From a virus: a stretch of DNA of 14,358 nt. A model generated the notes under the pieces. That model was not told the origin of the DNA, made no database searches, and was given only the letters and a program-made list of their open reading frames with translations. Both the position numbers and the translations under genes were made by a program. This document shows, piece after piece, positions 1-6,788 of this stretch (position 1 is the stretch's first letter; every line of letters begins with the position of its first letter). The stretch is taken from the IMG/VR virus record IMGVR_UViG_3300001130_000004, one strand, 5' to 3'.

Positions 1-101
1 GAGTAGAAGCCAACAGAGCAGCTACCCAAGCCTCTTTAGCTAATTCAAGTGCTACATCTAGTGCTGTTAGTGAGAGTAATGCACTAGCAGCACAACAGGC
101 T
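1..101. repeat. Terminal overlap, copy A. It is identical to 14258-14358 and marks circular closure or circular permutation of a 14,257-bp unit.
   Basis: Base-by-base comparison shows 1-101 (gagtagaagccaac...cacaacaggct) is identical to the last 101 nt of the window. The overlap is internal to an ORF and preserves its reading frame. Confidence 0.95.
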
Positions 102-1982
102 GTTACAAACCAAGTAGATGTAGCAGGTGCTAAGGCCAACCAAGCTACACAACAAGCAACCATAGCTACACAGCAAGCAGAAGCAGCTAGACAGTCAGCT
201 ATTGATGCAGCTAATGTGACACCTTCTACTACTGGTATGGTAGAGGAAGCACCTAGAGACAACCAATTATATGGTCGTGTTGATGGTACATGGGGTTTAG
301 TCCCTACAGGTAGTACATCTAGTGGTACTGGCGCTGTTGATTCAGTTAATGGTATTGCACCTGATGCAGGTGGTAATGTCACTGTACCTATTCCTCAACC
401 TGCATCACAAGTAAGGAGTGATTGGAATGCAGCTGCGGGGATTGCTGTAATCCTCAATAAGCCTTCCTTATTTAGTGGGAGCTACAATGACCTAACTAAT
501 AAGCCAAGTGCTACCACAAGCTTCTCAGGTGACTATAATGACCTAACGAATGCACCTGAAATACCTATAGTTACCCCACAAGTCAACCCAGATTGGTATG
601 CAGTTAGTGGTAAAGCTGAAATACTTAACAAACCAGCCCTCTTTGATGGTCGTTATGAGAGCTTAACAGGTAAACCTCCTGCACCTACAGGTGATGGTAG
701 TACAACTAGTGTTACTAATAACAATCAGCTTACTAACGGTGCAGGGTATATAACTGACTCACCTGTGTCCACTTCTTGGTATGCTCGTAAAGGGGGTGCT
801 TGGGCTGAGATTGAGACAGGTGTAGCATTTAGTGGTGACTACAGAGACTTAACTAACCAACCTGTACTAAACACTGATGGAACTATTGGCAATGATGGTA
901 GTGGTTTCAATGGTGATTATAATGACTTAGTTAACAAACCCCCCTTGATTACAAGTAACACTCAAATCTTTAATGGTGCAGGTTACTTGGAAGATGCTAT
1001 TGCAGACAACAAGCAGTATATTCGTAAGAACGGGTCTTGGGTAGTGTTTGAAAGTAACGCAGGGAAAGGTCATCAAATTGCAGAAGCAGGACAGAGACTG
1101 TTATATATGTCCCACACCTACACTGAAGACCCTGCCCTACAGTTTAACTACTGGACTCATCCTAACCCTCATATTCCTTACCCATTGTATTTCTTAGGTC
1201 ACTTGTCCCCTTATATGGATTGGGTTACTGATGGGGCTTTAATTACACCTGAATATTTCAGCTACCTACCTTCAGGACGCTACTCTTTTGGGCAAGGTTC
1301 TTTTGAATCAGGACATCTACTAGCAGAACAGACAGGTTATATTGAAGTTGTTGAGGTAACTAGTCAACAGCAAATACCTACTATGGCTAATAATGCAGGG
1401 TTCACTAAGTGGTCTACTGGTGTTGTTCATGTTATTGACAATGACGACAAGATTATTTCTATTTATGACTTTAATCCTGCCACAGGGGATTTCATATTAA
1501 GAGCAGGTGGTGACAATTCTGGTGTAACAGCTTTCAGTGGTAGGTATATAGACTTAGCAGGTAAGCCTGTTTTGTTTAGTGGTAACTATAATGATTTAGC
1601 AAGTAAACCTTCACTATTCAGTGGTGATTATAATGACTTAGTGAATACCCCCGCCTATGCTACAAGCTTTTCAGGTGACTATACAGACTTAACAAGTAAA
1701 CCTTCACTGTTCAGTGGTGATTATACAGACTTAATTAATAAGCCAACGCCTGCCACAAGCTTCTCAGGTGATTATACAGACTTAATTAATAAGCCAAATA
1801 TTCCTATATTACCTACTAAACTCTCTCAGTTCACTAATGACATAGAGGACACCTTTGTAGCATCTAAGACTGAGAACAAGAGAACAGGTATAGCATTTGA
1901 GGAATGGATTGGTACACAAGCTCAGTATGATGCTATTACTACTAAAGATGCCAACACTCGCTACTGGATTACGGAGGCTTAA
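3..1982 (+). CDS. Tail fibre protein, C-terminal 659 codons. The 5' end of the same ORF is at 14050-14358. The full ORF is 2190 nt / 729 aa across the circular junction.
   Basis: The frame is open from the window edge, and the GTG at 216 in the ORF track is internal. It matches the frame of 14050-14358 through the 101-nt overlap. The N-terminal part is Ala/Gln/Ser/Asn-rich and coiled-coil-like. There are three 'APxDxxxYxRxxGxW'-type motifs (EEAPRDNQLYGRVDGTW, STSWYARKGGAW, DNKQYIRKNGSW). There are eleven 'FSGxYxDLxNKP' repeats of the kind widely seen in phage tail fibres. Stop is TAA at 1980-1982. Confidence 0.85.
   Translation, partial: VEANRAATQASLANSSATSSAVSESNALAAQQAVTNQVDVAGAKANQATQQATIATQQAEAARQSAIDAANVTPSTTGMVEEAPRDNQLYGRVDGTWGLVPTGSTSSGTGAVDSVNGIAPDAGGNVTVPIPQPASQVRSDWNAAAGIAVILNKPSLFSGSYNDLTNKPSATTSFSGDYNDLTNAPEIPIVTPQVNPDWYAVSGKAEILNKPALFDGRYESLTGKPPAPTGDGSTTSVTNNNQLTNGAGYITDSPVSTSWYARKGGAWAEIETGVAFSGDYRDLTNQPVLNTDGTIGNDGSGFNGDYNDLVNKPPLITSNTQIFNGAGYLEDAIADNKQYIRKNGSWVVFESNAGKGHQIAEAGQRLLYMSHTYTEDPALQFNYWTHPNPHIPYPLYFLGHLSPYMDWVTDGALITPEYFSYLPSGRYSFGQGSFESGHLLAEQTGYIEVVEVTSQQQIPTMANNAGFTKWSTGVVHVIDNDDKIISIYDFNPATGDFILRAGGDNSGVTAFSGRYIDLAGKPVLFSGNYNDLASKPSLFSGDYNDLVNTPAYATSFSGDYTDLTSKPSLFSGDYTDLINKPTPATSFSGDYTDLINKPNIPILPTKLSQFTNDIEDTFVASKTENKRTGIAFEEWIGTQAQYDAITTKDANTRYWITEA
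1716..1797 (+). repeat. Exact 31-nt direct repeat (1716-1746 and 1767-1797), 51 nt apart, inside the tail-fibre repeat block.
   Basis: ggtgattatacagacttaattaataagccaa occurs twice. Each copy encodes GDYTDLINKP. The 51-nt offset equals 17 codons, so copy-number change would stay in frame. Confidence 0.9.
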
Positions 1983-1983
1983 T

Positions 1984-2763
1984 ATGGCTACTAGCTATTT
2001 TGGAGACAAGAAAGTGTTAGAAGTTATTCTAGCAGGTAAGACTATGTACAAGTTTTTAGATGAGGTGTCACCCCCCCCTACAGGGGGTTTAGAGGTAATT
2101 AGCGGGATTGGTTTCGTCTCAGGTTATATTGGGTTAAATGACACTTCTGAGAGTTTAGCTCAATCAGGCAATACCAAAACTACTGAGTGGGTCACAATCA
2201 GGCCTTCTATGCTATATAAAACTTCGTTTAGTTCAGGTAATAGGTTTGTTATACAAGTTAAAAATAGTGCGGGGCAGATTACTTATTTAGGAGACCAAAG
2301 TAATGGTAGTGACACTGTAGCAGATGGAGGTATTTTCTTCACTAAGTCTGACAGTGTGTCAGTTAGGATTTACTTTACTACCACTGCCCCTACCCCTCCA
2401 GTAGTAATTAGCTTTACTAGTACTGAAACTACTGAGGTTAATAACTATTATTCTGGGTATATTGCAAACGGTAGCACCTCTGAGAGTTTACCTCAATCAG
2501 GTAATACACAAACTACTGAGTGGGTTTCCGTTGATTCAAATAGCACTTACCACATGACGTATAGTCAATCTAACAGGTGTGTTATACAGCTCAAAGAAAG
2601 CTCAGGGGTAATAGCTTACTCTGACGCCTACTCTAAACAATATACAGCAGATGGTGAGGTGTTTACTACTAGAGCTAATACCTCCTTCGCCCGTGTCTAC
2701 TTCTTGAATGAAGTCCCTAACGAGAATATTTACATTAAATTCTTTAAAGAGCCTAGCGCATAA
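1984..2763 (+). CDS. Fibre-associated or receptor-binding-like protein, paralog 1 (259 aa), made of two tandem ~125-aa homologous modules.
   Basis: ATG at 1984 lies 6 nt after GGAGG (1973-1977) and 1 nt after the fibre stop. The 1897 start in the ORF track would overlap the fibre gene and lacks an SD. The internal duplication is SGYIGLNDTSESLAQSGNTKTTEWVTIRP..SSGNRFVIQVKNSAGQITY..VRIYF versus SGYIANGSTSESLPQSGNTQTTEWVSVDS..QSNRCVIQLKESSGVIAY..ARVYF. The function is assigned from position next to the fibre gene only. Confidence 0.6.
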   Translation: MATSYFGDKKVLEVILAGKTMYKFLDEVSPPPTGGLEVISGIGFVSGYIGLNDTSESLAQSGNTKTTEWVTIRPSMLYKTSFSSGNRFVIQVKNSAGQITYLGDQSNGSDTVADGGIFFTKSDSVSVRIYFTTTAPTPPVVISFTSTETTEVNNYYSGYIANGSTSESLPQSGNTQTTEWVSVDSNSTYHMTYSQSNRCVIQLKESSGVIAYSDAYSKQYTADGEVFTTRANTSFARVYFLNEVPNENIYIKFFKEPSA

Positions 2764-2772
2764 GGAGTTAAT

Positions 2773-3624
2773 ATGAAAGGTGATTTAGATTTAAAAGTAT
2801 ATGGTGCTAACTTAGTACAGTATGAGGAGGACAAGGGTTGGGTAGTGCCAGAGATTGCACCTGACCCCGAATATAATCCCCCTTATGTTCCCCCTAGCAC
2901 TGACCCCAATGATTTAGAGTTAATAACAGACATACAGTGGGTTTCAGGTAAGCTAGATTACAACGCACCAATAACAGAAGAAGTAGAACCCCTCTCAGGC
3001 CGTTACACTACTAGGTGGGTTAAGGTTAAGCCTGACACTAGGTACAGAATTAGTAGTAAGTTCACTAATGCTTTTGTATTACAGTCTAAGACAGAGGGGG
3101 GTGTTATTACTTACATGCCTAAGCCTGATTCAGTGGTGTCTGCTAATACACCAATGCAAACTAAAGCTGATGCTAGTTGGGTTAGGTTCTACTTCTACGT
3201 AGGTTACGAGGCATCACATGAAATAAATATGCAAGAGTTTGTAGTAGCTGACCCTGCTCAAATACCTCCTTTTGATGTGACAGAGGTTGAGTTAGGTTAC
3301 ATTGATGGTAATAAAGCAGAACTACAAAGAGACCCATATAGGTTCACTAGGAGTACAGGTTGGTTCTCAGTTAAGCCTGACACTACTTACTTAATGTACT
3401 TCAACGCATCTAACAGGTGCTACATGCAGCTCAAAGGTAAGGATGTTCATTACAATGGTAGTATTAATTACCCAATAACCTATGTTACTGACCCTGCTTC
3501 AGACACTACAGCTAACAGCAGGCTCTTCACTACTATGTCAAACACAGTAGAGGCTAGAGTATTCTTTGCTGAGGACATATATAGCACTGCTGTTATTAAG
3601 ATGTTTGAACAACTACCGACTTAA
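2773..3624 (+). CDS. Fibre-associated or receptor-binding-like protein, paralog 2 (283 aa), carrying two further copies of the same module.
   Basis: AAGGAG (2762-2767) lies 5 nt before the ATG. The modules are SGRYTTRWVKVKPDTRYRISSKFTNAFVLQSKTEGGVITY..WVRFYF and RSTGWFSVKPDTTYLMYFNASNRCYMQLKG..ARVFF. Both align with the two modules of the upstream gene. Confidence 0.6.
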   Translation: MKGDLDLKVYGANLVQYEEDKGWVVPEIAPDPEYNPPYVPPSTDPNDLELITDIQWVSGKLDYNAPITEEVEPLSGRYTTRWVKVKPDTRYRISSKFTNAFVLQSKTEGGVITYMPKPDSVVSANTPMQTKADASWVRFYFYVGYEASHEINMQEFVVADPAQIPPFDVTEVELGYIDGNKAELQRDPYRFTRSTGWFSVKPDTTYLMYFNASNRCYMQLKGKDVHYNGSINYPITYVTDPASDTTANSRLFTTMSNTVEARVFFAEDIYSTAVIKMFEQLPT

Positions 3625-4089
3625 CCTAGTAGTATTGTATTAACATATAACTATAACTAATAGGAATGAGTGTATTAGAGTGTAGTGTATGAGACAGACT
3701 AATAGTGTTAGGCCATGTGTAGTAAGGGTTACAGCATGGTGGTGGTGACAGTACAGAGTGGGGAAGTATGTGAGTGGTGACAGTATGTTAGTGGAATATG
3801 TGGTGGTATGTATGCGTGTTGTTAAGCACACCTACTCTGCTATGTCAATGGCTTTATTGTAACCCCTAGGTGGGGGGGTAACGAAATAATTTGGGGGGAA
3901 TAATTGGGTTTTTGTTTCAAGCTTTTTAAATTAGCACCCTGTTTATTAGACAACTCTGCTGAGTCTTCCCCCTGAAGTGTGGGGAAATTCTCCTGTTAGA
4001 ATAGGAAACTAGCGAGAGCATTAAGTCAATCATTACATTAATACAACTTGTTAAGATGTTTCCCTAACACAACAGGACAGCAATGTCAA

Positions 4090-4098
4090 TGGTATAAT
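4090..4098 (+). promoter_or_regulatory. Candidate extended -10 promoter (TGgTATAAT) upstream of the lysis cassette.
   Basis: TGGTATAAT sits at 4090-4098. There is no good -35 (caacag at 4070-4075), and extended -10 promoters can work without one. It lies about 200 nt upstream of the first lysis-region ORF. Confidence 0.35.
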
Positions 4099-4302
4099 TG
4101 TGTGGTGATTACAATACTAACTTGACTCAGCTCAATCGGTGTGAACCCTCTCCCAAGATGATTGTTACATTACTTACAGGAAGGACACACCTTGTTGGCT
4201 TTATTTACAAAAATTAATTTGCGTTTCTCTTTGGAACGGTGTACCCCCAGTTATACATATGTGACCCCCCCCAATTAAACAAGCTGAATTTAAGGAAAAA
4301 AT

Positions 4303-4422
4303 ATGAATACTTTATTACCTGACTATACTTTAGCCCTATTATTGATGATGCCAATGGCTCTACTTGCCCTCTGTGTGGCTTGTAGTGTCCTATGTGGTGC
4401 TAGTGCCACGGAAAGGGAGTAA
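4303..4422 (+). CDS. Small hydrophobic, Cys-rich membrane peptide (39 aa). It may be a lysis accessory protein.
   Basis: My hand translation gives MNTLLPDYTLALLLMMPMALLALCVACSVLCGASATERE. An AAGGA lies about 6 nt upstream of the ATG. Stop is TAA at 4420-4422. The ORF is below the ORF-track size cutoff, has one predicted TM segment, and sits immediately upstream of the holin-like gene. Confidence 0.35.
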   Translation: MNTLLPDYTLALLLMMPMALLALCVACSVLCGASATERE

Positions 4423-4472
4423 GACCCACCTAAGAGGCTGTGAGAGCTTCTTAGCAACATAAGGAGAGACTA

Positions 4473-4691
4473 ATGAGTGAGGATGATTATGAGAAAGACA
4501 GAAAGAGCAATAAGAATATTAGAGATTATATTAAGTATTTTAAGACGCCGTTAGTAGCAGGTGTTTTATTAGTAATAGTATTAATCTTATTGGCTATAAC
4601 ACCTGTAGAATACCAACCTGTAGTTATTTCACTAATAAAAGCACTAACACAAGTATTATTAATAGGAGATTTTAATGTCTCGATGGAATGA
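4473..4691 (+). CDS. Holin-like small membrane protein (72 aa).
   Basis: AAGGAG (4461-4466) lies 6 nt before the ATG. The N-terminus is charged, followed by a TM segment (PLVAGVLLVIVLILLAITPV) and a second hydrophobic or amphipathic stretch. It overlaps the endolysin start by 17 nt, which fits the usual holin-endolysin arrangement. Confidence 0.55.
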   Translation: MSEDDYEKDRKSNKNIRDYIKYFKTPLVAGVLLVIVLILLAITPVEYQPVVISLIKALTQVLLIGDFNVSME

Positions 4692-5175
4692 ATTAAGTTG
4701 GATTAGGACAGGTAGGGAGCTGGTGGGTACTAAAGAGATTAAGGGGAGGTTGCATAATAAAGCTATTGTTAAGATGCTCTCTTTCTTAGGGTCTTGGTGG
4801 TCAGAGGATGAAACCCCTTGGTGTGGTGTCTACACTGCTTACTGCCTAAAGAAGAACGGTGTGACTATTCCTAAGCATTGGTATAGAGCCTTAGACTATA
4901 AGAACTATGGTAATGCTCTTACTAAACCTGCTTACGGTTGTATTGCAATCAAAGCTAGGAGAGGTGGGGGTCATGTTACCTTTGTTGTAGGTAAGACTGG
5001 TGATGGTAGGCTAGTATGTATGGGTGGTAATCAGAATGACATGGTTAACTATGCTGTATATAGAGAAAGTGATTTTGACGAATTTAGATGGTATGGTTTG
5101 GGTACTCGACCTGCTACTAAACGTTATAACCTACCTACTCTTAAAGTAACAGCTACTAAGGTTACTGAAGCATAA
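4675..5175 (+). CDS. Endolysin, TIGR02594-family / NlpC-P60 (CHAP-like) cysteine peptidoglycan hydrolase.
   Basis: AGGAG lies 6 nt upstream of the ATG. The motifs DETPWCGVY (catalytic Cys), GGGHVTFVVG (His) and GGNQ, with their spacing, match my recollection of the phage-associated TIGR02594 family. It follows the holin-like gene and precedes a terminator. Confidence 0.8.
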   Translation: MSRWNELSWIRTGRELVGTKEIKGRLHNKAIVKMLSFLGSWWSEDETPWCGVYTAYCLKKNGVTIPKHWYRALDYKNYGNALTKPAYGCIAIKARRGGGHVTFVVGKTGDGRLVCMGGNQNDMVNYAVYRESDFDEFRWYGLGTRPATKRYNLPTLKVTATKVTEA

Positions 5176-5193
5176 GAATAAAATAAAGACAAT

Positions 5194-5230
5194 AAAAAAG
5201 CCCTCACAATTAAGTGGGGGCTTTCCTTTA
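5194..5230. terminator. Bidirectional rho-independent terminator between the convergent endolysin and NTPase genes.
   Basis: An A6 run (5194-5199) precedes the stem GCCCTCAC (5200-5207), the loop AATTAA and the stem GTGGGGGC (5214-5221, one G.U pair). TTTCCTTTA follows. The flanking A-run and T-run allow termination in both directions. Confidence 0.8.
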
Positions 5231-5278
5231 TGTATAGATTATTGGATTATTTATATATATTATTGTTATATGTATAGA

Positions 5279-6646
5279 TTAATCATAGGTAGGCATATAA
5301 CCATCGTATAGCCATTGCTCTAGTAGGTTTCTCATACGTTCACTAGGAATATATAAGTCTATTGGTTGCTTGTTTCTTACTGCACTTCTAAAGAGCCATT
5401 GTAGTAGTGTGCTTAGGGCATAGTGGTCTTGACTTAGTTTAATACCATCAGCACTACTAGCTTTAATAAAGTTACTGTCTATAAATACATTCACTAAGTA
5501 TGCTAGATGGTCTGTATGAGCATAGTTATTAGTTGCCCTAGTATTGAAAGCAATCCACTTACTACCATAACGATTAACTTTACCTTTCCCCCTACTTATT
5601 GCTAACTTGTCGTCACTAAAGCAAGTCCATAGTCTACGTTCAGGTGCAATCTTTTCTCTTTGTTGCCACATATTCCACAAGTGATTATAAAGAGCTTTAC
5701 TGTCTTTGTTATTATTAACTCTGTCTTTCTTATAATGATTAGACGTTAGTGCATGTTTCTTTAAGTTCTTAGCACCATTAGCCGTAGTACCATAATCACC
5801 AATAGTATTCATTTTCTTGTCTTTATTAATAGTAATTAAATCTCTAATACTCTCTACTGTCTTACCAAAGTATTCTAATTCATAGTTGACATTACTTTGT
5901 TTAAGTAGTAAGGAAAACATAGACCCTTCAAACATATAGGTCATAATGACTACTTTCTTAAACTTACTCAGTATGTCAGCATCAAACTTTCTAATCACCT
6001 TGTTATTAAACTTATATAATAAACCTAAATCACAATCTCTAGCAAACTGCTCTACTTCCGTGTCTTTAGTGCAATCATAATCAGCAGGTTTACCATCAAG
6101 GTTAGCAAAGTGCTCTCTATGGAACTGTAAAGTATAACCATCTTCTTTAAGACTTAGCACACCATTCTCTAAGTAACGATTAACTGTCTTACTATTTAAT
6201 GTACAGTCAGCTTCATAGGCTATTAGTGCTTCATCAATAATCAATGTGTAGTCTTTACACTGTTCTAGTGTATTAGGGTCTAAGCTGTTTAGCAATGTAT
6301 GAGTAGACACTACATTATGTCTAGCATCAATCAATGACATAAGACCTGTAAGTTTACTACCATCTTTATTATTATTGTTAGGGTGTTTGAACTTTAACGC
6401 TGCTTGTGGTTCATCTAAGTAAGCATAAGTACCATCGTCATTAAGTTGTGGTGTTTGTGCTTCACCCTCACTAACTGTAGCAGCAATACGGTGGGCTTCA
6501 TCTAAGTAGGGAGAGCAATACATAAATAAATCATTGTCATAACTCATTAGACTATTAGTCTTACTAGCATCAATCATATAATCTATAATCTTATTGGTCT
6601 TACCACTAGACATAAGAGCGTCCCATACTGTAATATTACTTTGCAT
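5279..6646 (-). CDS. P-loop NTPase with helicase-like (SF2-like) motifs. It is a candidate replication initiator or helicase.
   Basis: Walker A is ALMSSGKT (aa 10-17) and Walker B is LIIDEA (aa 135-140). Downstream blocks are helicase-like: VVSTHTLL, MTYMFEGS, FNTRATNNY, and LLQWLFRSAVRN (motif VI-like). GAGGA lies 9 nt upstream of the ATG. It is the only minus-strand gene, diverges from the ori-like region, and has its own consensus promoter. Confidence 0.6.
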   Translation of the reverse strand: MQSNITVWDALMSSGKTNKIIDYMIDASKTNSLMSYDNDLFMYCSPYLDEAHRIAATVSEGEAQTPQLNDDGTYAYLDEPQAALKFKHPNNNNKDGSKLTGLMSLIDARHNVVSTHTLLNSLDPNTLEQCKDYTLIIDEALIAYEADCTLNSKTVNRYLENGVLSLKEDGYTLQFHREHFANLDGKPADYDCTKDTEVEQFARDCDLGLLYKFNNKVIRKFDADILSKFKKVVIMTYMFEGSMFSLLLKQSNVNYELEYFGKTVESIRDLITINKDKKMNTIGDYGTTANGAKNLKKHALTSNHYKKDRVNNNKDSKALYNHLWNMWQQREKIAPERRLWTCFSDDKLAISRGKGKVNRYGSKWIAFNTRATNNYAHTDHLAYLVNVFIDSNFIKASSADGIKLSQDHYALSTLLQWLFRSAVRNKQPIDLYIPSERMRNLLEQWLYDGYMPTYD

Positions 6647-6713
6647 CTGTTGTATTCCTCTGTAGGCTATTTAAGTTATTAAGAAGTAGTGCCTTTATTA
6701 CTTTCTATACCCT

Positions 6714-6741
6714 ATTATAGCCTGTCTTTCAGTAATGTCAA
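6714..6741 (-). promoter_or_regulatory. Consensus sigma70-type promoter (leftward) for the NTPase gene.
   Basis: The minus strand reads TTGACA (6741-6736), a 16-nt spacer, then TATAAT (6719-6714). This is about 70 nt upstream of the ATG at 6646. Confidence 0.8.
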
Positions 6742-6788
6742 TAGATTATTACATCCTAATTGTTATATTTCAATGATGAATACTCACT

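Noticed and set aside
1-101. The 101-nt end duplication as a physical direct terminal repeat (DTR) of the virion DNA.
   Set aside because: The repeat falls in the middle of the tail-fibre coding sequence and keeps its frame. It looks like a circular-assembly overlap of a circular or circularly permuted genome rather than genuine genome ends. Sequence alone cannot fully exclude a DTR.
1897-1983. An upstream extension of the first fibre-associated gene (ORF-track start 1897).
   Set aside because: It would overlap the fibre gene by 86 nt and has no SD. The ATG at 1984 has a perfect GGAGG at 6-nt spacing and directly follows the fibre stop.
1984-3624. A diversity-generating retroelement (template/variable repeat pair) as the explanation for the repeated modules.
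   Set aside because: There is no reverse transcriptase gene anywhere in the replicon. The module copies differ at all base types and at the protein level, not by adenine-specific substitutions between a near-identical TR/VR pair.
3640-3831. A 63-aa minus-strand ORF (MCLTTRIHTTTY...HHHH...).
   Set aside because: It has a GTG start with no usable SD and odd CA-codon-driven composition. It lies exactly over the GT-rich, C-depleted block, so the open frame is most simply explained by the lack of stop-forming bases on that strand. I treat the region as non-coding, though only conservation or ribosome profiling could exclude a real peptide.
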